Shown: piece after piece, positions 40,036 through 50,996 of the stretch
How the letters are laid out: each line of letters opens with the position of its first letter
How positions within the stretch are numbered: position 1 is the first letter of the stretch
Assembly: GCA_030591685.1 (NCBI GenBank)
Contig: JAUVAX010000005.1
Coordinates: forward strand, 31,106-95,105
Direction: 5' to 3'
Source: Pseudobdellovibrionaceae bacterium
Lineage (GTDB): Bacteria > Bdellovibrionota > Bdellovibrionia > Bdellovibrionales > UBA1609
Length of the DNA: 64,000 bases
Notes under the pieces: model-generated
What the model was told of the DNA's origin: nothing
The model's database searches: none
The model's input: the letters and a program-made list of their open reading frames with translations, nothing else
Translations under genes and position numbers: made by a program

Positions 40036-41016
40036 TCACCTAATTTTAGCCTTCAATAAGTCCTGGAGGTGAATCAACCCAATTGGCTTATTTGGTGTTT
40101 TAGTCTCTTTATCCACTACAAAAAGTGTTTGTATCGAAAACTGCTCCATAACAAAAAGAGCCTTTTCAGCCAATTCATCCTTATTTATTGTTTTTGGGTT
40201 TAAGTTCATAAGGCGTTTTGCTGTATGGGCTGACGGCGCTGTGTTTTCTTTTTCTAAAAATCTACGAATATCACCATCAGTAATCACCCCCAGCAATTCG
40301 CCTGAACTGTCGACGACCCCTGCCACTCCACGAACCTCTTTTGAAGTCATTGATGAGATCACTTCTGACATTTTATCCTCAGGGCTTACAATGGGAAGAG
40401 CCTCTCCTGTGTGCATAACATCTTTAACCGTTGTCAAAAGTCTTCTACCTAAACTGCCCCCGGGGTGGTATTCCGCAAAATTCTCTTCTTTAAAGCCCTT
40501 TGCTTTTAAAACAGTCATTGCCATAGCGTCACCCATAGCTAATGTCACTGTACTGCTTGAAGTAGGGGCCAACCCCAGTGGACAGGCCTCCTCTTTTACA
40601 GACACATCTATTACGGCTTGAGAGGCTTTACCAAGTGTACTATCTAGACGACCCGTCATAGCTATAAGGGGGATGTTTTTACGTCCAGCATATTGAACAA
40701 CGGCCGCCAGTTCACCGCTTTCTCCACCGTAGCTAATAGCCAGTATTAGGTCATTTTTAGCTATTACGCCAAGGTCACCATGAACACTCTCGGCAGAGCT
40801 TAAAAACATAGCTGGCGTGCCAGTAGAGCTAAAAGTACTCGCAATTTTTTGACCCACCTGCCCAGACTTTCCCATTCCCGTTACGATGAGCTTACCCTCG
40901 CAGTTTAATATAAGCTCCACTGATTTTATAAAATTTTCGCCAATGCGCTCTACAGCGTTTAAAACACTCTCAGCTTCTATTTTTAAAACTCTTTTTGCTT
41001 CATTAATATCAATCAT
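40036..41016 (-). CDS. kdsD: Arabinose-5-phosphate isomerase (KpsF/GutQ)
   Basis: TGMGKSG, HGDLG, EACPLGLAPTSS, HPGGSLG and a CBS pair. Confidence 0.96.
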   Translation of the reverse strand: MIDINEAKRVLKIEAESVLNAVERIGENFIKSVELILNCEGKLIVTGMGKSGQVGQKIASTFSSTGTPAMFLSSAESVHGDLGVIAKNDLILAISYGGESGELAAVVQYAGRKNIPLIAMTGRLDSTLGKASQAVIDVSVKEEACPLGLAPTSSSTVTLAMGDAMAMTVLKAKGFKEENFAEYHPGGSLGRRLLTTVKDVMHTGEALPIVSPEDKMSEVISSMTSKEVRGVAGVVDSSGELLGVITDGDIRRFLEKENTAPSAHTAKRLMNLNPKTINKDELAEKALFVMEQFSIQTLFVVDKETKTPNKPIGLIHLQDLLKAKIR

Positions 41017-41033
41017 ATTATCTCCAAAAAAAA

Positions 41034-42776
41034 TTAGACCCTGGCCTGCTGGGCCTTGCTCTTTAACTGTGTCAATTTTTTATCTTTAGGGGTTTCCCTT
41101 TTAAGGGTCCCAGATTTTATTTTAAGCGCCGCTTTAACAAAACTTTTAAATAGTGGATGAGCCTCTAATGGTTTTGATTTAAATTCTGGGTGAAACTGTA
41201 CCCCTACAAACCAAGGGTGCTCAACAATTTCGAGAATCTCTACAAGGTCCCGATCTTTACAAATACCAGATAAAGACATGCCATTTTTTTCAAATAAAGG
41301 GCCGTACTGATTGTTAAACTCATACCTATGTCGATGCCTCTCTGTTATTAAGTCGCTCTTATAAATTTCTCTCGCTCGGGACCCCTGCTTGAGTTGACAT
41401 TGAAAGGCCCCTAGGCGCATTGTCCCGCCTTTATCCGTATGTGTTTTTTGCTCTTCCATGTAGTCGATAATAAAGTTTTTTGCAGACTTAGAGATTTTAA
41501 ACTCGCGACTGATGGCATCTTTTATACCACAGACATTCCTACCAAACTCAATGGCAGCCAACTGCATACCAAAACAAATCCCAAAAAAGGGTATTTTATT
41601 TTCTCGAGCATACTTAATGGCAACCATTTTACCTTGAGCTCCTCTTTCACCAAATCCACCAGGGACGAGCACCCCATCTGTGTTTTGCAAAGCTTGTTTA
41701 ACATTTTTTTCTGTCAATTTTTCAGAATCCACATAAACAATATTAACTAATGATTTATTCGCAACACCACTATGCACAAGAGCCTCGTGAAGAGATTTAT
41801 AAGATTCTTTTAAATCTACATATTTGCCCACAATACCAATTGAGACCGACTGCGATGGGTTTTTTAATGTTCGAACCATTGCCTTCCACTTTTTTAAATC
41901 TGGATCTTCTAATTCAAATTGCAACCTCTCCGCGACCTTTTTATCAAACCCTTCTTTGTTTAATGCTATGGGCACGTCATAAATAGACTCTGAGTCTTGG
42001 GCGGCAATCACCTTATCAGCACTGACACTACAGAATAGACCAATTTTACGTCTCAATTCAGCTGTCATTGGTTTTTCACTGCGACAAATTAAAAAGTCAG
42101 GCTGAATACCGACCTGCCTAAGCTCTTTTACCGAATGTTGGGTGGGTTTTGATTTTAGCTCTCCCGCTGCCGCAATATAGGGGATGTAAGTCACATGCAC
42201 AAAAATAGAATTCTCAACCCCTACGTCGGCTCGCATCTGCCGGATGGCCTCAATAAATGGCAAGCCCTCGATATCACCAATCGTGCCTCCGATTTCTACA
42301 ATTATGACTTCAGCTCCCTGAGCAGCATCAAAAATTCGAGCTTTAATTTCATCTGTAATATGAGGGATCACCTGCACAGTGCCGCCTAAATAATCACCTC
42401 GGCGCTCTTTAGCAATTACACTTTCATAAATTTGCCCTGCAGAGACTGAATTTGCTTTTTTTAAATTCACAGAAGTAAAGCGCTCATAGTGACCTAAATC
42501 TAAATCTGTTTCAGCCCCATCATCTGTAACGTACACTTCACCATGTTGTAGCGGAGACATTGTGCCCGGATCTACATTTATATAGGGATCACACTTCATG
42601 AGTGTTACCTTCATCCCGCCAGATTCTAACAGATGAGCCAAACTGGCCGCCGTTAAACCCTTACCAATAGATGAAACAACCCCCCCTGTAACAAAAATAA
42701 ATTTTTGCTTTAAAGCCCTTTTTGTCGACTTTATCGGGGATTTTTTATGTTTTTTTATTTTTTTTTGAGTACCCAT
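41034..42776 (-). CDS. pyrG: CTP synthase (probable start ATG 42776)
   Basis: [35 protein letters not shown] and QFHPE motifs. Confidence 0.98.
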   Translation of the reverse strand: MGTQKKIKKHKKSPIKSTKRALKQKFIFVTGGVVSSIGKGLTAASLAHLLESGGMKVTLMKCDPYINVDPGTMSPLQHGEVYVTDDGAETDLDLGHYERFTSVNLKKANSVSAGQIYESVIAKERRGDYLGGTVQVIPHITDEIKARIFDAAQGAEVIIVEIGGTIGDIEGLPFIEAIRQMRADVGVENSIFVHVTYIPYIAAAGELKSKPTQHSVKELRQVGIQPDFLICRSEKPMTAELRRKIGLFCSVSADKVIAAQDSESIYDVPIALNKEGFDKKVAERLQFELEDPDLKKWKAMVRTLKNPSQSVSIGIVGKYVDLKESYKSLHEALVHSGVANKSLVNIVYVDSEKLTEKNVKQALQNTDGVLVPGGFGERGAQGKMVAIKYARENKIPFFGICFGMQLAAIEFGRNVCGIKDAISREFKISKSAKNFIIDYMEEQKTHTDKGGTMRLGAFQCQLKQGSRAREIYKSDLITERHRHRYEFNNQYGPLFEKNGMSLSGICKDRDLVEILEIVEHPWFVGVQFHPEFKSKPLEAHPLFKSFVKAALKIKSGTLKRETPKDKKLTQLKSKAQQARV

Positions 42777-42789
42777 TGGCCTTCCTATT

Positions 42790-43536
42790 TTACTTAAGTA
42801 ATAACTTTTCAACTTTTTTTACGTCTTCGGGGGTATCAACACCCCACGACTCATGCTCCACACAAACCACTTTAATCTTAGCCCCCAAGTAAAGTGCCCT
42901 TAATTGCTCTAAGCCCTCGGCTTGCTCAATGTACGCCGGTCCGGCCTCGCAAAATGACTTTAAAAATGATTTTCTATAAGCATATAACCCTATGTGCTTC
43001 AGGCATCCCTTAACTTCATCTTCAGGAGTTGATCGACCATAAGGAACCTGGAGGCGGCTAAAATATAAGGCCTCACTGTTTTGATTTATTATTATTTTAG
43101 CTGTGTTCGGACTTTTTAGATCCTCTAAATTTGCTTTTCGACCAAGGGTTGCCATTTCAATGGACTTGTCTAACTTAAGGGGCTTAACAAGGGTGTCTAA
43201 AAGTTCACCTGTAATAAGAGGCTCATCTCCTTGAATATTAACCACAATGTCTGCTTTTACCTGTTTAATGGCTTGCCAAACACGATCACTGCCTGAAGGC
43301 AGCTCAGAATCAGTCATAACGCATTTTACATTTAAGGAAAGGGCCAATTCTTGGATTCGAGCGTCATCGGTGGCAACAATGACTTCGTTGATCAATTGAC
43401 TCGTTTTTGCTCTTTCAACAACCCACTGTAGGAGCGGCTTGTTAGCTATCAGAGTTAACGGTTTTCCGGGGAATCGTTGAGATCCATATCTTGCAGGTAT
43501 TACGCCTATCACATCCATGGAGTTAATCGATACCAT
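42790..43536 (-). CDS. kdsB: 3-deoxy-manno-octulosonate cytidylyltransferase
   Basis: [36 protein letters not shown] and GVDTPED motifs. Confidence 0.97.
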   Translation of the reverse strand: MVSINSMDVIGVIPARYGSQRFPGKPLTLIANKPLLQWVVERAKTSQLINEVIVATDDARIQELALSLNVKCVMTDSELPSGSDRVWQAIKQVKADIVVNIQGDEPLITGELLDTLVKPLKLDKSIEMATLGRKANLEDLKSPNTAKIIINQNSEALYFSRLQVPYGRSTPEDEVKGCLKHIGLYAYRKSFLKSFCEAGPAYIEQAEGLEQLRALYLGAKIKVVCVEHESWGVDTPEDVKKVEKLLLK

Positions 43537-43570
43537 AAACTACTAAAAAACCCCAGAAAAAATCACAATT

Positions 43571-44149
43571 TTAGGTAATTTTACAATCAATCCAAGACTC
43601 ATAAATAAAGTCTTCAGGCTCTTTTATACCTTTTTTAGTAAAAGAACTGACCACAAAAGCCTCATCAACGCCCTCTATCGATTTAAGAAGGCGCAACTTT
43701 TTAACTCTCTCCCCTTGCTTCACCTTGTCAGACTTATTTAAAATAACACAGACGGGAAGGTTTCTTTTTTTAACCCAATCGACAATCAACTGTTCGTCCT
43801 CTGACCAGTTTCTTCTGATGTCCATAATTAATAATAATCCAATTAAGCTCTTTCTGTTTGAAAGATAGTGTTCGATCATGGGTTGCCAGGATTTTTGCTC
43901 TTTACCACTGACTTTTGCATATCCATAACCAGGCATATCTACAAGCCTATAGTTTTTACCTGCTTGAAAAAAATTAAGAAGTCTTGTTTTTCCGGGCTGA
44001 CCACTCACTTTAGCCACTCGGCCCCCGTGGAGAGCGTTAATAAAAGATGATTTGCCGGCGTTTGAGCGCCCCACAATACCCACCTCTGGCTGATCTGCTG
44101 GAGGGCATTCTTCTAGAACCTTAGCTGACTTTATAAATTTAATATTCAT
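43571..44149 (-). CDS. yihA: Ribosome biogenesis GTPase YihA/EngB
   Basis: GRSNAGKSS, PGKT, DMPGYGY and NKSD motifs. Confidence 0.97.
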   Translation of the reverse strand: MNIKFIKSAKVLEECPPADQPEVGIVGRSNAGKSSFINALHGGRVAKVSGQPGKTRLLNFFQAGKNYRLVDMPGYGYAKVSGKEQKSWQPMIEHYLSNRKSLIGLLLIMDIRRNWSEDEQLIVDWVKKRNLPVCVILNKSDKVKQGERVKKLRLLKSIEGVDEAFVVSSFTKKGIKEPEDFIYESWIDCKIT

Positions 44150-44287
44150 ATCGCCGAGATACTAGCACGCCCCCTCATCAAAAAAAACCCCACATCTATA
44201 ATTAATAAAAAAATCCTAACTTAAAGACTTAAATTCTACAGACTTAGAATTTCACAATCTCAAACACAGATTAATAGCACCTCGCCA

Positions 44288-44302
44288 TGGCACAATCCTT
44301 GA
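44288..44302 (+). promoter_or_regulatory. sigma54-like promoter TGGCAC-N5-TTGA upstream of the activator gene
   Basis: Matches TGGCAC-N5-TTGC except GA for GC at -12; about 42 nt before the ATG. Confidence 0.55.
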
Positions 44303-44344
44303 AGAGATATCATTAGGTAACAGTTAAAACCCCTAGGAGGGCAT

Positions 44345-45634
44345 ATGTTAAGGCCTAAAATTGAATCTAATAATTTTTTTCAAAACATTGAAAACATGAA
44401 AGAACTTCATAAAATCCTCCCTCTATGCATCATTGGCTCGGGCACTCACTGCCAAATACGCGTTCTTGATGAGGGCGTCTACCAACGACATGCCGAGGTT
44501 GAGAAAAGAAATCGCAGTTACTTTATTAGGACCCTCAACCCAAAAGCGAAACTTACTATAAATAATGTTAATGTTATCGAGGCCGAAATAAAAACAAATG
44601 ATCGTATTAAAATAGGCTCTACAAAGTTTATTTTTACTAATTTTAAAGAAAGCGAGTGTAATAAAATATTTTTATCCAGTGCAAATAAAAATTGGAATGC
44701 ACAACTTCAAACCTTAGAGAACATTGCTCTTTCCGAATCCCCCACCCTTATTCAGGGCCCCTCTGGTTCTGGTAAGGAAATACTGGCTCAACTGTTACAT
44801 GACTTTTCAGGGCGATCGTTAGGGCCGTTTATTAGCATTAACTGCAGTGCACTGAGCGAAGGTCTCATTGAGTCTGAGCTCTTCGGGCATCGAAAAGGCA
44901 GCTTTACAGATGCCAGTGAAAGCCGAAAAGGTGCTTTTGAAGCTGCAAGAGGAGGAAGCTTATTTTTAGATGAAATCGGCGACCTCCCCCTGGCTCTTCA
45001 GCCAAAGCTGTTAAGAGCTCTTGAGAACAATGAGGTTCGCCCACTCGGGTCAGATGGCACAGTTAAAACAGACGTTCGAATCATTGCAGCAACCCACCAG
45101 AACCTTCAGACTAAAGTTTCAAGTAATAGTTTTAGGCAAGATCTTTATTTTAGGCTCAATATATTAAAAATATCTCCTCCTAAACTTGAAAAAAGAATGG
45201 AAGATTTTGAATCTCTAATTTATTATTTTTGTCGAAAATATAAAGTTAAAATTGGATTCAATGCGCTGCTTCGCCTTAAAGAGCACACCTGGCCTGGAAA
45301 TATTAGAGAATTAAAAAATTTTGTAATAAGAGCCCATGTTCTAATTAAGAACCGTCCTGTCTGCGAAAAGGATTTACCACTGCTGCTTGACTTATATCAA
45401 ACTAATACTCATTTTGATCCACACTTCTCCAGTTTTAATACTAAAGAAATGACAATTAAAGAAGTTGAGAAAAAAATGATAGCAAATGCGCTTATTTTAA
45501 CATTTGGAAACCAGCGGGTGGCGGCTAAAAGATTAGGCATAGCATGCAGCACACTCAGTGATCGCATTAAACATCATGGCTTTGACATTAAAAAACTTAT
45601 AAATAATGAGTCTCAAGGAGCTTTTATGTCCTGA
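44345..45634 (+). CDS. FHA-domain sigma54-dependent transcriptional activator
   Basis: FHA-like N-terminus, GPSGSGKE, ESELFGH, GSFTDA (GAFTGA loop), FLDEIG, WPGNIREL and a Fis-type HTH. Confidence 0.93.
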   Translation: MLRPKIESNNFFQNIENMKELHKILPLCIIGSGTHCQIRVLDEGVYQRHAEVEKRNRSYFIRTLNPKAKLTINNVNVIEAEIKTNDRIKIGSTKFIFTNFKESECNKIFLSSANKNWNAQLQTLENIALSESPTLIQGPSGSGKEILAQLLHDFSGRSLGPFISINCSALSEGLIESELFGHRKGSFTDASESRKGAFEAARGGSLFLDEIGDLPLALQPKLLRALENNEVRPLGSDGTVKTDVRIIAATHQNLQTKVSSNSFRQDLYFRLNILKISPPKLEKRMEDFESLIYYFCRKYKVKIGFNALLRLKEHTWPGNIRELKNFVIRAHVLIKNRPVCEKDLPLLLDLYQTNTHFDPHFSSFNTKEMTIKEVEKKMIANALILTFGNQRVAAKRLGIACSTLSDRIKHHGFDIKKLINNESQGAFMS

Positions 45635-45638
45635 AAAT

Positions 45639-46664
45639 TCAGGGTATAGAGACAATTGTACTAATAAAGACCGACTTAACTCTCCCCATATTTAACAGCG
45701 CATTTATTTGATTTCTAATCATGCTTTTCATTTTATAAAGCCCAGTGCTTGAATTAAGCTCGTCATAATTAAACCCTTCAACTATTCGCTGTATAGTGTC
45801 TAGTATTTGGTTTTCGCGATCTTTAACCTCAACGGCGGCCTCTTGGGAGTCTAAGGATAGGTAAAACTCAATAGTCGCCATTGGGTTAGAAAATTTATTT
45901 TTACGAATTAAATTTACAACTATTTTTTTTAGAAGAATTTGGTGTTCTGGATTGGGGAATCTCTCTCGTAATAATAACCACTCATCTTCGACCGAAAATG
46001 AAAACTTCAATGAGGAGTGTTCTGCTAAATCATATACCGTTTTGCTTTTTAAATAAGGTATCCAAATCCCCTTCATTGTTTCTCTGCCCATATATATAGT
46101 CCCAGAAACCACAATTAAAAGTAAATACAACAGCCCCTTTTTTTTTAAACTTAAGTCTGAGTAGGATTGTAAAACTTTTGAAAATACCGCTGTAATTTTA
46201 GATGTAATTAATTTTATTTTACCGGTTATTTTCGGAAGTGTTTCGCTGAAAATAATTTTATAAAATTTTAAAGCGGCTCCTATGATCTCTCGTGCCTGAC
46301 GTGACAAAAATGATGCTGCTTTTTTTGTTTTAGAAAAAATTGGACTGAAAATTAGTACGCTTGTTTTTCGAATAGTTTTATAAGGGTGAATGAGATATTT
46401 ATATATTTTTGGAAAGCGCTCCTCAAAACTGAGTTCAATGATTTCATCATCTTCTCGTTGCTCTTCGGCTATCTTTTCTTCGGCTTCGGCCTCTTGCTTG
46501 AGCTCATTGATTTCCTCCTCAAACTCTGGGTCGCTTTCTGAAATGAGGCTCTCTATATCGTCAAAAGATATCATTCCATCATCATCAACAGTTGCCTCTG
46601 ACTCACTATTTAAAGGGGTATTTTCACTATCAGGACTAACATCATCATCTTTTTCGTCACTCAT
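45639..46664 (-). CDS. fliL: FliL family protein with long N-terminal extension
   Basis: C-terminal IVVNL...QILDTI...ELNSSTG...IRNQINALL...GRVKSVF after a TM helix. Confidence 0.75.
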   Translation of the reverse strand: MSDEKDDDVSPDSENTPLNSESEATVDDDGMISFDDIESLISESDPEFEEEINELKQEAEAEEKIAEEQREDDEIIELSFEERFPKIYKYLIHPYKTIRKTSVLIFSPIFSKTKKAASFLSRQAREIIGAALKFYKIIFSETLPKITGKIKLITSKITAVFSKVLQSYSDLSLKKKGLLYLLLIVVSGTIYMGRETMKGIWIPYLKSKTVYDLAEHSSLKFSFSVEDEWLLLRERFPNPEHQILLKKIVVNLIRKNKFSNPMATIEFYLSLDSQEAAVEVKDRENQILDTIQRIVEGFNYDELNSSTGLYKMKSMIRNQINALLNMGRVKSVFISTIVSIP

Positions 46665-46747
46665 GACCTTATTATGGCAAAAAAAATATAAATTTAGGAC
46701 TTAATTTTTAATTGTTTAGACCGACATAATAAATAGGAGGAGCAAGG

Positions 46748-47398
46748 ATGTTTCTACAAACCACTATATTGGCTATTCTATACCTTGGACTTACGGCTTG
46801 TGTGACCTTACAAAGAAGTCCTGAGAGCGGCTACAGGAGTGACTCCAAGGAGATCTCAGTAAGCCCCACAAAAGAGCATTATCAAGAACAGCGTCAACTT
46901 GAAATCACAGCCGCTAAGGAAGAACTGGGAGTGCCCACATCCAGACCTTTGACCGAGAGCGAAAAAAGAAATGTTCATAACCGCATTCAGTTAAATCGAC
47001 TAGAAGCCTCTCTTATCACCCCCGTCGAACGCAGACAATACTATCATTTAAAGCCTTTCTTCAAAAATGATTCTTACCGCATTTACTTCTTAAAACTCCC
47101 CAGCATAGCTGCCCGAAAGGATTGGGCTCAAAGAAAAAATATTACAGCTAACAATACTGAGCCGCCTCAAGCGGTTATTGATGCTATTGAAAATAGTGAT
47201 ATCACCCTCGGGATGACTAAAGAGGCCGTCGTTCAAAGCTGGGGGGACCCGGATAATGTTGAAGTTGCCGGCAATCGACTTTATGGCAATGAGCGATGGA
47301 ATTATTTAAAATATGCCTCTTCAGAAGAGGGCTATAAAAAAGAAACTCGTGTTATTGTATTTGAGGCGGGCCGTGTTTCAGGCTGGGAGAGATATTAA
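46748..47398 (+). CDS. Lipoprotein with C-terminal SmpA/BamE-like domain
   Basis: Lipobox LTAC; LGMTKEAVVQSWGDP...ERWNY...VIVFEAGRV. Confidence 0.75.
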   Translation: MFLQTTILAILYLGLTACVTLQRSPESGYRSDSKEISVSPTKEHYQEQRQLEITAAKEELGVPTSRPLTESEKRNVHNRIQLNRLEASLITPVERRQYYHLKPFFKNDSYRIYFLKLPSIAARKDWAQRKNITANNTEPPQAVIDAIENSDITLGMTKEAVVQSWGDPDNVEVAGNRLYGNERWNYLKYASSEEGYKKETRVIVFEAGRVSGWERY

Positions 47399-47408
47399 AG
47401 TTTTAACC

Positions 47409-49991
47409 TTAATGGGCCTCTAACCAATTATCCCCAAAGCCCACGTTAGCCACTAGTGGGACATTTAACTTCATTGCACCTTCCATAATTTTTTTGACCT
47501 CTTCAGCTGTTTGAGATAAATCGGCTTCAGGCAAATCAAAGAGGAGTTCATCATGAACTTGTAAAACCATTGGGGCCCCTACGGATTCTGAAACCTGAAT
47601 CATAGCCATTTTAACAATATCACTGGCTGTCCCCTGCATAGGGGCATTAATTGCCGCTCGCTCACCGAAGCTTCTAATCATTGCATTTTTTGATTGCAGC
47701 TCGTCTAAATATCGGCGACGACCTGATAGCATCTCAACATAACCCTTTTCTTTAGCCTCACCGACCACAGTCTTCATGTAATCTTTAACTTTACTAAATT
47801 TTTTAAAATATCTTTCAATTATATCTTTGGCCTCTGAACGGCTTATTTTTAAAGTCTCGGCCAGTCCATACACCCCTTGCCCATAAGCTATACCAAAGTT
47901 TACAGCCTTGGCGTGTCTCCTTTGTTCAGGGGTTACATCCTCTAATCGAACCGAGTATATTTCAGACGCCGTTGAGGCATGAACATCTTGGCCCCTTTCA
48001 AAAGCCTCAATTAAGCCCCGATCCCCTGTTATGTGAGCCAATACCCGAAGCTCTATTTGACTATAATCTAGAGATAATAATTTACAGCCCCTTGAGGCTA
48101 TAAAGGCCTTTCTAACAAGCCTCCCCTTTTCGGTACGAATAGGAATGTTTTGTAAATTTGGATTTATACTTGAAAGCCGACCGGTTGTAGTGACGGCTTG
48201 TTTGAAGGTTGTATGTACCTTTCCAGTAGAAGGGTTCACTAACTTTGTTAGGCTGTCCACATAGGTAGACTTTAACTTGGCGTTTTCTCTAAAAGATAAA
48301 ATATACTCACAAATTGGGTTTTCTAGTGCTAACTTTTGTAACACATCACTGTTCGTTGAAAACCCAGTTTTTGTTTTTTTACCCGGAGGGAGCTTTAGTT
48401 TTTCAAAAAGTATACTCGCCAACTGCTTTGGGCTGGCAATATTGAAAGGTTCGCCGGCTAGGTTATGGATCTCAATTTCAAGCTGTTCGAGCTCATACTT
48501 TAGCTCTTTACTCTGTCTCTCTAACTCTGGCGAATCCACACTCACCCCAGACTTTTCCATATTATAAAGCACCGGAACTAAAGGGAGCTCAATGTCATTC
48601 AGCACACTTAAGCCATTAACCTGCTCTATCTTTACCTGTAACTCATGAGCTAAGGTTAAGTGACACTTTACAAGCTGCTCTTCATTGGCCAAATCAGGGA
48701 CGACTCCCCCCGTAAACTGCTCATACACTTTACTAAAATCACCCACATTTTTAGGCTTTATAATATATGCCGCCAACATTTGATCCCAGGCCGCAATGGG
48801 GTTTGAAACATTTAAACTCCTCCATGTGGACTTTAAATCAAACCCCTTCCATTTAACATATTTTTTACCTAAAACCTCACCCAAGCCCTGTGGATCATCA
48901 TCTAAGGTTATTATCTCTTTTTTATAATTAAAGATAAGACCCCTCTCAGACTCTATCGCCCAGAGTTCTGAATAGGGTTCAATATTTTTTTGAAAATCAG
49001 AAATCGACCATTTTTTAACGCCTTTTGAAAGCTCAGGGTTAGACTTTTTAACCTCAACTTGAACTTCAGTTTTTGTTTCACTTACAGGGATATTGACATC
49101 GCTCTCTGGCGTTTTTTCACCAGTATGATTAAGTCCATTATTATTTACAAAAAATTTCTTCTCAAAAGATTTAAACTCAAGATCAGTGAGTAAGCCGTGT
49201 AGCCCCTCTCGATCTACGGGCTGAAGTTTTAGGCCCTCAGTATTTTTTATTAAATCTAAATCATCTACAATAGTGACCAATTTTTTTGATAAGTAGGCCA
49301 TTTCTTTGTTTTCAATAAGTTTAGCCTTCATGGCCTTTGCCGAGACCTGTTCAATGTTTTCATAAATACCATCTAAGGTTTTAAACTGAGATAATAGTTT
49401 TTGTGCCCCCTTTGGCCCGATACCTTTAACTCCAGGGATATTATCACTACTGTCACCTATAAGTGCTAAGTAGTCGATAAACTGTTCGGGGCCAACCCCC
49501 CATTTATCTATAGCGCCTTGAACGTTATACTTTACGTTTTTCATGGTGTCGTACATACTCACATTGTCGTCTATCAGTTGGGCGAAGTCTTTATCACCAC
49601 TAACTATAACCACTTCAAGGCCTTGAGACTTTCCAAACTTTGTAAGGCTACCAATAACATCATCGGCCTCATAGCCTAGCTTATTAATATTAGGTATCCC
49701 CATAATGTCTGTTAATTGCTGTATATAGGGCATTTGTGGCACCAGGTCTTCGGGCATCTCGGAGCGGTTTGCCTTATACTCTTTATAGAGGTCTCGCCTA
49801 AATGACGGTTCTTTTCGATCCTGGCAGTAAACCATATAGTCCGGCTTTACATCTCTTAATAGCTTTAAGCTCATAGACAAAAAACCATACAGAGCGTTGG
49901 TCGGTAACCCTTGCTTTGTTTTCATGTAAGGGATTGCATAGAAAGCTCTAAAAAATAAAGAACTCACATCTACTAAATAAAGTTTTTTCAT
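47409..49991 (-). CDS. polA: DNA polymerase I
   Basis: 5'-3' exonuclease (EADDVIG, SGDKD, GDSSDNIPGV); motifs DYSQIELR, KAVNFGIAYG and LQVHDEL. Confidence 0.98.
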   Translation of the reverse strand: MKKLYLVDVSSLFFRAFYAIPYMKTKQGLPTNALYGFLSMSLKLLRDVKPDYMVYCQDRKEPSFRRDLYKEYKANRSEMPEDLVPQMPYIQQLTDIMGIPNINKLGYEADDVIGSLTKFGKSQGLEVVIVSGDKDFAQLIDDNVSMYDTMKNVKYNVQGAIDKWGVGPEQFIDYLALIGDSSDNIPGVKGIGPKGAQKLLSQFKTLDGIYENIEQVSAKAMKAKLIENKEMAYLSKKLVTIVDDLDLIKNTEGLKLQPVDREGLHGLLTDLEFKSFEKKFFVNNNGLNHTGEKTPESDVNIPVSETKTEVQVEVKKSNPELSKGVKKWSISDFQKNIEPYSELWAIESERGLIFNYKKEIITLDDDPQGLGEVLGKKYVKWKGFDLKSTWRSLNVSNPIAAWDQMLAAYIIKPKNVGDFSKVYEQFTGGVVPDLANEEQLVKCHLTLAHELQVKIEQVNGLSVLNDIELPLVPVLYNMEKSGVSVDSPELERQSKELKYELEQLEIEIHNLAGEPFNIASPKQLASILFEKLKLPPGKKTKTGFSTNSDVLQKLALENPICEYILSFRENAKLKSTYVDSLTKLVNPSTGKVHTTFKQAVTTTGRLSSINPNLQNIPIRTEKGRLVRKAFIASRGCKLLSLDYSQIELRVLAHITGDRGLIEAFERGQDVHASTASEIYSVRLEDVTPEQRRHAKAVNFGIAYGQGVYGLAETLKISRSEAKDIIERYFKKFSKVKDYMKTVVGEAKEKGYVEMLSGRRRYLDELQSKNAMIRSFGERAAINAPMQGTASDIVKMAMIQVSESVGAPMVLQVHDELLFDLPEADLSQTAEEVKKIMEGAMKLNVPLVANVGFGDNWLEAH

Positions 49992-50112
49992 AAAGCCCTC
50001 TTAACAATGGATCTGTATACACTTTGCCTTAATATATCTAAAAAAAAAGACCTGAAGCTATACTTCTGTGAAGCAAAAAAAACAGTAAGCTTGGTATTTT
50101 TTGAAACTCACA

Positions 50113-50415
50113 CTAGTTGTCTATTTTTTTTAACTCAAGTATGAACTCATCTATCTCACTTGAGGTGACTTGCTCCTTTTTACTTTGATCTAAACAGGAG
50201 TCAATGATCGGCTGTGATCTGATGATTTTGATGTGTCTGTCAATGGAGGCCTGAAGGTGATCTAACTGTACAGAAATCTCAGGGCTTAAAACTTCTTTGT
50301 CGAATTCAAGAGCCTTTAAATAAGCCTCTTTCAAACCTAAACGCTGGGCCATTTGCAGTGGCGTCCAATTCAGCAGCCGCCTTAAACGCTTAATTTTTAA
50401 GCCATCCCACAGCAT
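50113..50415 (-). CDS. XRE-like helix-turn-helix protein (probable ATG start 50415)
   Basis: IKRLRRLLNWTPLQMAQRLG; AAGGAG SD 5 nt before MLWDG. Confidence 0.75.
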   Translation of the reverse strand: MLWDGLKIKRLRRLLNWTPLQMAQRLGLKEAYLKALEFDKEVLSPEISVQLDHLQASIDRHIKIIRSQPIIDSCLDQSKKEQVTSSEIDEFILELKKIDN

Positions 50416-50578
50416 CAAAACTCCTTGGCTCACTGATGAGCCGCGTTAAACACATTCAAGCTACTATGTTGATCCCCTTGGCACAAGTCCAGGGGGATAA
50501 AAGACCTTTGAATAACCATCTGGGTTAAGCCGTTATGGTTTTTAAAAATGGTCAAGTACGTACTTTAGCCTAGGGGGT

Positions 50579-50914
50579 TTACTCAGAAGGGCTTTTTTCA
50601 TAGGACTTGGAGAAGACAAACACAAGCTCCCCCTTTCCGGCAAATTCAAAGCGCCGGCGAGCCTCGTTTTCAATAAATGCGGGGAGTTTGGCCTGACTAA
50701 TTTTATTTTGAATCATTAAACTCTCAGCGCCCAGTTTCGAAGTGTTTGATTCTGTGGTGTTTATTTTTCTATGTAAACCCCATAGGCGGTACAAAGTACC
50801 GTCCACTATTAAACTAAAAAAAGTAAGCCCAAAACATAGGTATAAAACCTTTATCGGGCTATGTATAAATCGATTAATTGCATGAAAAAAAGACGACAAA
50901 GATTTTACAACCAT
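50579..50914 (-). CDS. ftsB: Septum formation initiator FtsB/DivIC-like protein
   Basis: TM, coiled coil and FIENEARRRF...GELVF; canonical position after eno. Confidence 0.75.
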   Translation of the reverse strand: MVVKSLSSFFHAINRFIHSPIKVLYLCFGLTFFSLIVDGTLYRLWGLHRKINTTESNTSKLGAESLMIQNKISQAKLPAFIENEARRRFEFAGKGELVFVFSKSYEKSPSE

Positions 50915-50996
50915 AAATCTATTTTGCCTTACATTTGAATTTTCTTAAAGTCCTAAAGTTGTTAATTTTTTAAAGGTCTCTTTAAAATCAGGCTCT

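Noticed and set aside
47409-49991. Degenerate 3'-5' exonuclease region in PolA
   Set aside because: Common in many bacterial Pol I proteins.
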